Shown here in pieces: positions 10,340 through 18,234 of a stretch of DNA of 64,000 nucleotides; within the stretch, counting starts at the first letter, position 1; each line of letters starts with the position of its first letter. This DNA comes from a virus. Lineage: Duplodnaviria > Caudoviricetes. The stretch lies in IMG/VR virus record IMGVR_UViG_2917070673_000003; one strand, given 5' to 3'. The notes under the pieces were generated by a model, which was not told where the DNA came from, did not search any database, and saw nothing but the letters and a program-made list of their open reading frames with translations. The translations under genes were made by a program, and so were the position numbers.

Positions 10340-10507
10340 TCAGGCCATCGCCTGCTTGCTTTGCGTTTTTCGCCACTTCAACCCTTCCTCAATAAGAAGT
10401 CCCAGCTCAGCGTTCAAGCTGCGTCGATTTTTCTTTGCCTCGCTCTCTGCCAGCAGCTTTATCGATGACTCCAGACTTAGCGGGTACCGCGATTTTTCCA
10501 TCCTCAT
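10340..10507 (-). CDS. Arc-like ribbon-helix-helix repressor (55 aa, not in ORF track)
   Basis: Manual translation MRMEKSRYPLSLESSIKLLAESEAKKNRRSLNAELGLLIEEGLKWRKTQSKQAMA; RRSLNAE motif; AAGGAGG RBS. Confidence 0.8.
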   Translation of the reverse strand: MRMEKSRYPLSLESSIKLLAESEAKKNRRSLNAELGLLIEEGLKWRKTQSKQAMA

Positions 10508-10521
10508 AAAACCTCCTTAGC

Positions 10522-10614
10522 AATCACTAGACATCATTAAGCATCATTTATGACATCTGGTCAACATCATTTGCCATCATCTTCTTGCACTAAAAAAGAT
10601 TCACGAACATCATG
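10522..10614. promoter_or_regulatory. Helically phased CATCAT(T) repeat array between divergent arc-like and XRE genes; candidate promoter TTGACC-17-CTTAAT on minus strand
   Basis: Units start at 10522 (degenerate), 10532, 10542, 10554, 10565, 10575, 10608. Confidence 0.6.
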
Positions 10615-11097
10615 CTTTTCACACCAAAGTATGGAATCAACATGCACCACCCTAAAGGTTTCCCTTCCAGGCTCGTACGCCTCCGAGCAGACGCCGGCAT
10701 GACCCAGCGCGATCTTGCAAAAGCGAGTGGGCTAAGCGTTCCTCAAATAGGACGGTACGAGATGGGCACCTCCCAACCCCGCATGACCGCACTAGTGAAA
10801 CTGGCTAATGCCCTTGGGTGCGAGGTGGAGAAGCTACAGGACGTCGAGGATCAACCTGAAGTTGTGGAAATGACCTTGGTTGAGGAGGGAGAAAAGGACC
10901 TACTTATCGCTCTCCCAAGAAGCACAATCGATAGCCTGCACGCGCAAGCTGCAAAGTACGGGGTCACGGAAGAAATAATGCTCAATGCCATCATTGACTT
11001 TTTCCATGCAGAAACCCGCGGCGAAAAGATCACAATCAAGGAAGCGATCGCAAAAGTCGTCGAAGAAGCAAAGACGTGGCCTCCTCTGCCCGACTGA
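10612..11097 (+). CDS. XRE-family HTH regulator with C-terminal RHH-like segment
   Basis: LVRLRADAGMTQRDLAKASGLSVPQIGRYEMGTSQP..LVKLANALG. Confidence 0.85.
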   Translation: MLFTPKYGINMHHPKGFPSRLVRLRADAGMTQRDLAKASGLSVPQIGRYEMGTSQPRMTALVKLANALGCEVEKLQDVEDQPEVVEMTLVEEGEKDLLIALPRSTIDSLHAQAAKYGVTEEIMLNAIIDFFHAETRGEKITIKEAIAKVVEEAKTWPPLPD

Positions 11098-11142
11098 AGC
11101 CCATCCTGACCGCATTGGCTAGTCCTAAGGCGCCCCTCGTAC

Positions 11143-11466
11143 TCACCCCCTCTGTTCCGCCATCACCTGCAAGGCCTCAGCCTCCATCTGCCGGATGTCA
11201 CTGAAAATGCTTTGCCTGGAGCCAGCCGGCACGCCACACATTCGGATGACACTCGGCAGGACGCCGTAGTCCAGACCGGTAGCGCCGCACGCGCCGGCCC
11301 GCCACTGGGTGCTCATCGCTTCGAAAACGGTGAAGGCCGGCCAGTTATCCGGCCAGACCTCGCAGTCCTGGCCGGTAAGATCACCCACCAAAAAGCCAAA
11401 GGTCTTCAGCTCTTCAGCCGAAGGCCCCTGCTCGTAGAGTGCGCGCGCGGCGCTTAGGAGTTTCCC
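11143..11466 (-). CDS. Tail assembly chaperone GT C-terminal part (DUF1799-like), reached by -1 frameshift
   Basis: Open -1 frame from GGGAAAC gives LLSAARALYEQG..EVWPDNWPAF..TQWR..GLDY. Confidence 0.8.
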   Translation of the reverse strand, partial: GKLLSAARALYEQGPSAEELKTFGFLVGDLTGQDCEVWPDNWPAFTVFEAMSTQWRAGACGATGLDYGVLPSVIRMCGVPAGSRQSIFSDIRQMEAEALQVMAEQRG

Positions 11467-11834
11467 AGGCGGGCCTGGTTGAAGGCTTCGGAATAGGCCG
11501 CCAATACCGCGCTGGGAATCGAGACAATCGAGGTGACCAGAATGCGGATGTTCTGGTCGTTGAACTCTTCTTCGAAGTCCCAGCCGGCCACCACCGCCTT
11601 AACTTGATCCACCTGCAGGTCGATCTGGGCCGCGGTGAAGGCTTTCAGGTCCATCTCGTCAGCCTTCAACCCCAGAGCCTTGTGGCGCTCGCCCCACTCA
11701 GCGTAAAGCTCGGCCAGACCGGTCCGGTCCAGGTACTTGAACTCAAACCCCACCTTCACCGGCTCGCCGCCCAACTGCGGGATCAGCACGTCGGCCCTGA
11801 AGGTTGGATTCTGGATAAGCGAGAACTTGGCCAT
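11454..11834 (-). CDS. Tail assembly chaperone G
   Basis: MAKFSLIQNPTFRADV, position after tube gene, ends ARLGNS over a slippery site. Confidence 0.85.
   Translation of the reverse strand: MAKFSLIQNPTFRADVLIPQLGGEPVKVGFEFKYLDRTGLAELYAEWGERHKALGLKADEMDLKAFTAAQIDLQVDQVKAVVAGWDFEEEFNDQNIRILVTSIVSIPSAVLAAYSEAFNQARLGNS
11460..11466 (-). other. -1 ribosomal frameshift heptamer G GGA AAC
   Basis: X XXY YYZ heptamer in codons for G-N just before the gpG stop. Confidence 0.85.
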
Positions 11835-11837
11835 GGG

Positions 11838-12491
11838 TTACACCGAGGTCAGATAGCGGGTTGGTTCGGACTGCAGCGCCAGGTTGACGGTGCGGGTCAG
11901 CAGGTTGTTACGGGACACCGCTGGCTGCTTGGAGAACGAGGTGTAAGCCCCGTAAAGCAGAGTGTCATTGCCTGGAAGATCGAGGCGCGCAGCATGTACC
12001 TGCTTGCCGGCATCGGCCGACATCAGGACAGCGTTGAACGGTTGGGCCGGGTCGTCCGCGATGGTCAGCACCAAGCTGGCCGCCGACTTGTCGGTCGGGA
12101 TCTGCTTACCTTGGTCGTCTTCCAGGAACACCACATCGATGTAGTTCTGCTCACCGCCGGAGAAGGCCAGGTCGTTAACCTGCGGGATCTGCACCCAGGT
12201 CAAAACCTTCTTCATGGTGCCTGCACCGTTGCCAGCAGGGAAAAGCTCCGTGTTGCTGGTGTCGATCCCCTCCAGAGTGATCGCCGACTCAGTCGCGGCC
12301 TTAACCCGTACCACCTTGTTGTCCAGCCGGCTCCAGCCGGAGGTCAACAGCACGATGTCGCCGACATCCAGATCGGCGTTCGTCACTGTGGCCACAGCCT
12401 CGGTGGCGTTGGAGATTGCAGTGAAGGCCAGGGCAGTTGCGTAAGTTGCGGCGTGATGGAAGGTGCCGCCGTTAGGAATTTTGTATCCCAT
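11838..12491 (-). CDS. Major tail tube protein
   Basis: MGYKIPNG, VQIPQV..SGGEQNY..FLEDD..QIPT.KSA typical Pseudomonas tube protein. Confidence 0.85.
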   Translation of the reverse strand: MGYKIPNGGTFHHAATYATALAFTAISNATEAVATVTNADLDVGDIVLLTSGWSRLDNKVVRVKAATESAITLEGIDTSNTELFPAGNGAGTMKKVLTWVQIPQVNDLAFSGGEQNYIDVVFLEDDQGKQIPTDKSAASLVLTIADDPAQPFNAVLMSADAGKQVHAARLDLPGNDTLLYGAYTSFSKQPAVSRNNLLTRTVNLALQSEPTRYLTSV

Positions 12492-12564
12492 TGGGTGTTT
12501 CCTCTCTTCAGAAATAACAAAACCCGCTCAATAGCGGGTTTGTGGGGCTGCCCGATGGGCGGAA

Positions 12565-12981
12565 TCAGTTGGTGTCAGCGCGGTACTGGAAGGACACGGG
12601 CACGGTGTAGGTCGTGTCACTATGAATGCCTGGGCCCTGGTCTGGTGGCGTCATGGTGATCACCGTCAGGCCGGCCTTCTCGTTCCGCTCATACAGCGGA
12701 AACAGTGCGCTGATCTCGTCAGCCAGGCCGCCGGCCGGACCGCGGTACTTGCCCGATGGCACTACTACGCTGGCCTGGAAGACGCCGGTGTAAAGCCGGT
12801 GATCGCCGCCCAGGGTGTTGCTCGCAGTATCCGCCGGCAGCGTGTAGGCACGGAGGTAGGTTTCTCCGTCCTTTGGCGTGTAGGCCTCGTTCTCAACCAC
12901 CACCTTCAGCGGCGGAACCCTGGCTTTCGCCCAGGCGATAACCCGGGCCTGATAGATCGTGGCGATAACGTTATGGCTCAT
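12565..12981 (-). CDS. Tail terminator-like protein (DUF4128)
   Basis: YLRAYTLPADT..LGGDHRLYTGVFQ, VPVSFQYRAD; position. Confidence 0.75.
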   Translation of the reverse strand: MSHNVIATIYQARVIAWAKARVPPLKVVVENEAYTPKDGETYLRAYTLPADTASNTLGGDHRLYTGVFQASVVVPSGKYRGPAGGLADEISALFPLYERNEKAGLTVITMTPPDQGPGIHSDTTYTVPVSFQYRADTN

Positions 12982-13631
12982 ACCTGGTTGTTCCTAATGG
13001 CTTCATCGACGATCTGCTGGAAACGGGCCAATGTGATTCGAACCATGCCGCCGGGGGCCTGCTTTGAATGCCCGTATTCAAGCGGCACCGCATAAGGCAG
13101 GTTGTTCACGATGTAGGCTGTCTGGCCTGCTGTCAGCTGTCCGACCTGTAGCCGTAGCTTGGCCAGGGTCACACCTCCAGAAGGATCGACCTGATCCAGC
13201 GTGCCGTCGGCGGGTGTATCGATCGAGAACTGCCAATTCCCCCGGAAGCGGCCGCCGACATAGTCCTTGCCGACGATCAGGCCGTTCACGTTGAAATTCT
13301 GGTCACGCTCGGTCTTGGTCAGGGGCTTGGCGTACTTCACGCCGCGGCGCAGCTTGCCGGCCTTGGTGAAGTTGCTTTCGTCCAGGTTGATCAGTGTGTT
13401 GCGCACCGAGACTTTGAAGTCGTAGTCGTCGGCTGCGCGTGTATTGGTCGCGCGGTGCGCCACGTTGGCGGCCCAGATCTCCGGATTACCCACCGGTGAC
13501 ATGCGAATCACGCTGCTGCCGATCTCGATCACGATCTCGCGAAAGGTGGCGTCAATGCCGGCCTGGGCCTGCTCGGCAAACTGGCGGATGTTCTCGGCGA
13601 AGCTGCCGTTCCTGCCCGCGTACCGGTTCAT
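12978..13631 (-). CDS. HK97 gp10-like neck protein
   Basis: SPVG..GRFRGNWQ, NNLPYAVPLEYGHSKQAPGGMVR. Confidence 0.8.
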   Translation of the reverse strand: MNRYAGRNGSFAENIRQFAEQAQAGIDATFREIVIEIGSSVIRMSPVGNPEIWAANVAHRATNTRAADDYDFKVSVRNTLINLDESNFTKAGKLRRGVKYAKPLTKTERDQNFNVNGLIVGKDYVGGRFRGNWQFSIDTPADGTLDQVDPSGGVTLAKLRLQVGQLTAGQTAYIVNNLPYAVPLEYGHSKQAPGGMVRITLARFQQIVDEAIRNNQV

Positions 13632-13996
13632 GACCGCACCTGCAGCTCGTACAGAATCGGCGTACCGGCGGGGTTGATCTCTTTCAGCGGTGGGATGATG
13701 GACCAGGTCCGGCCCTGAATGACCACCTTGTTCAGCAGATCCGGCGCCCACGCCAGCCCCTGAGCGGCGACCTTGAGCTTCTTGTCGCCCTGCTTGATGA
13801 GGCTGTTGTTCTGGAACTCCAGGCCTGTGAAGTCGAGAAGGATGCCCTGGGCTGTTTGCTCGATGATGGTGTCAGGGCCGGCCGAGTCGGTATCAGGATC
13901 GTACTCGCCGGGCTTGATGTCGCGGATGGTTACGGGCTGGCCGAACTCTGTGATCATCTCCAGAGCCATCATGGCCATTTCGTCGTAGAAGACCAT
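13628..13996 (-). CDS. Head closure / head-tail joining protein
   Basis: EFGQPVTIR, GEYDPDT, IKQGDKK, ILYELQVR; position. Confidence 0.7.
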   Translation of the reverse strand: MVFYDEMAMMALEMITEFGQPVTIRDIKPGEYDPDTDSAGPDTIIEQTAQGILLDFTGLEFQNNSLIKQGDKKLKVAAQGLAWAPDLLNKVVIQGRTWSIIPPLKEINPAGTPILYELQVRS

Positions 13997-14012
13997 GTTG
14001 GCTCCGTTTCAA

Positions 14013-14516
14013 CTATGCGCGTACTGCGAACAGCCCGCGCTTCTGTAGATAGTCAGCAAACTGCGTGGCGCTCGGTCGGTCCGGCGCCGCCGGCAACAGT
14101 CGGCCGCTGCTGTTCGGTATGGCGGCATACTCGCGGGTTACCGCCCCTTCGACACGCTCCAGGGTTACCGCGCCTTTGCGCTTCTCGATCGGGTCGATAT
14201 CGTCCTGATGGATCTCCGCAGCCAAGGCCATCTGGCCGTACTGAATACGCGCCGGCAGGTAGTTGTTGGGCTTGATCTCCTGATCCAGCAGAACTTCCCG
14301 ACGCGGCCAAGCCAGAGCCTGCTCGCTGCTGGTCTTGCGCCCCTTCCAGGTCATGCCATCCATTGCCAGAGCCGCTCGGCGAAGCAACGCTTCCTGCGCG
14401 GGCACCTCCGCCGGGATGGCTACGCCGAATTTCACGGCGTACATGGCCAGATCCACGGCGGACGCATAGCTCTCGGCGTCAGGCTTGCCGGTACCATCCT
14501 CGACTATGAGCGCCAT
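14013..14516 (-). CDS. Head-tail adaptor (DnaT-like annotated family)
   Basis: MALIVEDGTGKPDAESYAS, WKG..QALAWPR. Confidence 0.75.
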   Translation of the reverse strand: MALIVEDGTGKPDAESYASAVDLAMYAVKFGVAIPAEVPAQEALLRRAALAMDGMTWKGRKTSSEQALAWPRREVLLDQEIKPNNYLPARIQYGQMALAAEIHQDDIDPIEKRKGAVTLERVEGAVTREYAAIPNSSGRLLPAAPDRPSATQFADYLQKRGLFAVRA

Positions 14517-14519
14517 AAA

Positions 14520-14828
14520 TCAGCTCGCTGGAATGAGTTTCACGATTTCGGCTTTCGAGGCCTTCGGATCGAACTCGATGCCCTGGGCAGTGAGCCAATC
14601 ACGCAGATCTGCCACGCCCATTTTGGCCGGGTCAGTTTCAGCAGCGCCGCCAGGCTCGACGAGATCCACCTCGATCTGGACGGCCTTATAGGCCTCAACC
14701 ACTACCGGCCAATCACCCACAACAGTGACCTTGGTCACACCGGATTCTGGCTTATCGAAGTACTGCGGGTTGCGATAGCGCTTATCGGGATCGAAGTCCG
14801 TGGTTTGCGCAGAGTAAGTCAATTCCAT
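14520..14828 (-). CDS. Hypothetical head-region protein with C-terminal HeH/LEM-like motif
   Basis: MGVADLRDWLTAQGIEFDPKASKAEIVKLI; GGAG RBS before MELTY. Confidence 0.6.
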   Translation of the reverse strand: MELTYSAQTTDFDPDKRYRNPQYFDKPESGVTKVTVVGDWPVVVEAYKAVQIEVDLVEPGGAAETDPAKMGVADLRDWLTAQGIEFDPKASKAEIVKLIPAS

Positions 14829-14879
14829 GGGTATCTCCAAAGCGGCTCAAGACGAACCGCTTGCTGAGGAAGGCGCTAA

Positions 14880-15827
14880 TTAAGGCGCGGACAGGTCGAT
14901 CAGAACGCCAGCGGTGACCTTGTCGCTGGTGGCGTACTTGGTCCAGTTGGCACCGGTGCCGATCGCAGCCAGGTTCGGGTTCACCCCACCGGTGGCGTCC
15001 TTCCAGCTGTAGCCGAGCAGGTCCAGGTTGAAGGTGCCCTCAGCGCGGAAGCCCATCGCCAAGTTTTCCTGGGTGTTGATGGGGTACGAACGGAAGCCCG
15101 GAGCCTGCGACTCAGTGATTTTGATTGCCCCAGCCTGCAGGCCGAAGATGGTTTCGGTCGGAATGGTGTCCGATACCAGAACGGGCTTGCCCATGGTGCC
15201 GGGCTGGCCACCGTAGATAACCACGCCAGCTTCTTCGTAGACCTTCTCGGTGATGGCTTGGTCGACCATGTCGAAGTAGGTAGCCGAATCCATGGTCCAC
15301 AGCGCAATGCGACCGAAGCGATCGCCGAACTTGCGCATGCCCTTGGTCAGCGCCTTTTTGCCATCAGTGGCGAAGCTGGCCTTGGTGACCATATTGGGGT
15401 TGGCACCGATGGCAGCCTTCAGCGCGGCCATGGCGTATTGGATGTAGCCTTCCAGCACTGCGTCGGCATAGTCCTGCCCCACCAGTTCGGAGAACTCTTC
15501 CGGCGAGCGCGCGCGACGCTTGAAGGCCTCCTCGGTGGTCTCATAAGGACCGTACTTGAAAGGCACCTTCACACCGACCATTTCGCCGGAGCCGATCTTC
15601 TGGCCGGCAACCGCGGCTGTCGAGTTCACGTCGCGGTGAGCGATGGATCCGCCGAGCTTGTAGAAAGCACGCTTGCGCAGGTCGCCTTCGATCAGTTCGT
15701 TGTCCAGCACCAGGGCGCCGTTGGAAGAGGCGTTGAAGATGTCGATCACATCCTGGATGCGCTCCAGGTAAGCGGTTTGGGCAAGATCGTTGTAGACGAT
15801 CATGTCCGAGGTGACGGTAGTCGCCAT
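14880..15827 (-). CDS. Major capsid protein
   Basis: 315 aa directly after scaffold; FNASSNGA, WKDATGGVNP..ATSDKVTAGV. Confidence 0.85.
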   Translation of the reverse strand: MATTVTSDMIVYNDLAQTAYLERIQDVIDIFNASSNGALVLDNELIEGDLRKRAFYKLGGSIAHRDVNSTAAVAGQKIGSGEMVGVKVPFKYGPYETTEEAFKRRARSPEEFSELVGQDYADAVLEGYIQYAMAALKAAIGANPNMVTKASFATDGKKALTKGMRKFGDRFGRIALWTMDSATYFDMVDQAITEKVYEEAGVVIYGGQPGTMGKPVLVSDTIPTETIFGLQAGAIKITESQAPGFRSYPINTQENLAMGFRAEGTFNLDLLGYSWKDATGGVNPNLAAIGTGANWTKYATSDKVTAGVLIDLSAP

Positions 15828-15838
15828 GGGTTACTCCA

Positions 15839-16555
15839 TTATTTGGGCAATTTCAGGTAGGCGTCCTGGCCGTTTGCAGTGATGAACTCACGCTTGGCGA
15901 CAGAGGACATTTCGGAACGTTTCAGAGCGGCCCCACCGCCATTTCCAGCACCGCCGGCCCCGCCGCCAGATGCCTTGCTGCCTGCGATCAGAGGACCGAA
16001 CGCAGGGTCTTTCGTGAATTCACTCTTCAGCTCTTCCAGCGTAGTGGCGGAGAGCTTGCCGGCTTGGTCCAGCACTACGACAGTTGGCTTGCCGTCGCGC
16101 TGCTCGACGCTCAAGCGACGTTCGATATGGGGAAGCAGTGCCTTGGCACTGCCTGGGATGGCTAGCGTAGTTGCGATCTCGGTAGCAGTACGCCCTACGG
16201 TCAGATCCCGGATCTGGCCTTGCAGGGTGTTGCGCTCTGCCTCCAGCTGACCGGCCAGCTCTGCCTCACGGCGGCTGTACTTCTCGGACCAGGACTTTTC
16301 GAGTTCTTCGACGTTGCCCGATTTGCGCAGAGCCTCCTCTCGCTCCTGACGCGCCTGCTCTTCGGCATCCTTGCGAGCCTTATCGGCTGCCTTCTTCTCG
16401 TCGAGCAGTTCCTGAACCTTCGATTTCAGGCCGGAAACGTCTTCGGGCTGAGGCAACCCCTCGATACCGAGGACATACTTGCCCTCTTTCTCGGTGTAAA
16501 AAGCGCGCACGGATTCGTCTACCCCTTCCAGGGTATCCAGTTGGAATTTCAGCAT
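15839..16555 (-). CDS. Capsid scaffold protein
   Basis: MLKF..Y.EKEGKYVL.IEGL, coiled coil, ASGGGAGG linker. Confidence 0.8.
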   Translation of the reverse strand: MLKFQLDTLEGVDESVRAFYTEKEGKYVLGIEGLPQPEDVSGLKSKVQELLDEKKAADKARKDAEEQARQEREEALRKSGNVEELEKSWSEKYSRREAELAGQLEAERNTLQGQIRDLTVGRTATEIATTLAIPGSAKALLPHIERRLSVEQRDGKPTVVVLDQAGKLSATTLEELKSEFTKDPAFGPLIAGSKASGGGAGGAGNGGGAALKRSEMSSVAKREFITANGQDAYLKLPK

Positions 16556-16605
16556 TGGTTGTCTCCCAGAGACGTAGGTGCAGGCCCTGCCTACGAAGAA
16601 AAAAC

Positions 16606-16649
16606 TTGCACTAATTCTTCGTTGTAATTACATTGGAGTCACAACGAAG
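16606..16649 (+). promoter_or_regulatory. Sigma70-like promoter TTGCAC-17-TACATT overlapped by inverted repeat CTTCGTTGT/ACAACGAAG
   Basis: Seen directly upstream of the 16665 ORF. Confidence 0.6.
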
Positions 16650-16664
16650 CGAAAGGAGCGGTAA

Positions 16665-17132
16665 ATGAACTCGGTACAATTCATTCATGGTGAAAACGGT
16701 GAAGCGATCTTTGCGGTGATGCCAATTGCTGCGTATCGGGATCTCGTAGCAGGTAGGTCAGCTTTAGAGCCAGCGGCTCAAGCCCACCCACTTGTTAATG
16801 AGGATCAAACCATGATCAAACTTCCTTATGGCGGCCTTAACGCTTATCTGCATGTGCCTGATCTGTTGAACTATTTGCAAAAGCACGGCATCAAGCACCT
16901 TGCTATAAACCAACGAGCTCAGGTCTATGCGGCTTATCCGGAGAACCAGCTCATGACCCTGGACCCGATCATCCGTCGCGAATTCATTGATGACCTGCGC
17001 TACAAAAACACCATGCAGGCAACTACCGAAGTGATTGATGCATTGGTATCGACTGGAAAGTTTCGCCGTTGCAAGCAGCGCTACGAAGGCGTATTTACCC
17101 GCGCCGTTAATGCGGTTGAACTCGTCGACTAA
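16665..17132 (+). CDS. Antisense moron, hypothetical protein with antitoxin-like N-terminus
   Basis: AAAGGAG RBS, own promoter; MNSVQFIHGENGEAIFAVMPIAAY. Confidence 0.7.
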   Translation: MNSVQFIHGENGEAIFAVMPIAAYRDLVAGRSALEPAAQAHPLVNEDQTMIKLPYGGLNAYLHVPDLLNYLQKHGIKHLAINQRAQVYAAYPENQLMTLDPIIRREFIDDLRYKNTMQATTEVIDALVSTGKFRRCKQRYEGVFTRAVNAVELVD

Positions 17133-17145
17133 ACGGCCAAGCGAG

Positions 17146-18234
17146 CTATCTCAGCCCTGCCTTTTCAAATGCAAGCGGCTCTAGGGCTTTCATTTGCTCA
17201 AGGGTTAAGGGTGAGAAATTACGGTCCAACTGAAGCTCGCTGAATCGCACAACGCTTAACCCACCATCACGCAGCAGCTTGGCGCGACTAGGGCCAATCG
17301 CCTTGTCCTGAAACGCCGCCGGCTGCTGCTTAAGCCAGTCGTAGTAACTAAGGTCGGCCCTCACCTGCTGCGGACCATCCTCGCCAATAGATGCCCGCGT
17401 GGCATCCTTGGCAAATAGCGCGCTGAAGCGAGTCACCGCCACCACCGTCGAGCGACAGTTGATGTGGATCGGCGGCCTGGGCCCTTCAGTCAGCTTGAAC
17501 CGATGCTTGTCGAGCGTTCGGCACTGGGGCGTTGTCTTCGAATCCAGCGTGCTGACCCACTCCACGGCCTGGACGACGTCGGAATTCTCTTTCAGCGTCT
17601 CCATGCGCGCCTGGGTGGCGACGTGCTGCACTGCCGTCCGCACAATGGCACCGGCGTTGCGGTTGGTCGTGGCCAAGATTCCGTCGTTGTAGTTGAGCGC
17701 CTTGGTCCCGCGGATGTTCTTGATGATCTGGAAGTTGGTCTGGCTTTCGAAGAAGCCCTGCCGGATCGCGCCCGTGAGGCGTTGCCGCTCGGTGGCTGTG
17801 AAGCCATCAATGAACGACTTGAGCAACTTCCCGCCATCCACGCCGCGCACACTGAGCGGATTGGAGAGGATCGCCGTCCTGATCGCCGCAGCGCCTGGGA
17901 CAGCAGCCTCAAAGGACACGCCCACCGGTGCTGCCCGTGTAAGGCTGGTCGCCTCGAACTGCGCCTCATAGTTGGCGATGTCGACCAGGTCCAGGTTCAG
18001 CTTCTCGCTGTACCGGTCAAAGATGCCCAGCAATAGGCTGTCGACTTCCTGCAGCAGTACCTCAAGGCGCCGAGCGGTGTACTCAGTGAGGTCCGCGCGC
18101 GCCAGGCGATCACGGATCGACCTGTCGATCTCTTTGAGGAAGGGGCCGAACTTCTCGACCTCTCCCGACTTCAGCTGCTCGAGGAACACGGCGTGCCGGA
18201 TAGTGGCATCAAGGATCGCTTGATTTGCCGCCAT
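17146..18234 (-). CDS. Minor head protein (Mu F / SPP1 gp7-like)
   Basis: IVRTAVQH, EWVSTLDSKTTPQCRTLD, PPIHINCRS. Confidence 0.9.
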   Translation of the reverse strand: MAANQAILDATIRHAVFLEQLKSGEVEKFGPFLKEIDRSIRDRLARADLTEYTARRLEVLLQEVDSLLLGIFDRYSEKLNLDLVDIANYEAQFEATSLTRAAPVGVSFEAAVPGAAAIRTAILSNPLSVRGVDGGKLLKSFIDGFTATERQRLTGAIRQGFFESQTNFQIIKNIRGTKALNYNDGILATTNRNAGAIVRTAVQHVATQARMETLKENSDVVQAVEWVSTLDSKTTPQCRTLDKHRFKLTEGPRPPIHINCRSTVVAVTRFSALFAKDATRASIGEDGPQQVRADLSYYDWLKQQPAAFQDKAIGPSRAKLLRDGGLSVVRFSELQLDRNFSPLTLEQMKALEPLAFEKAGLR

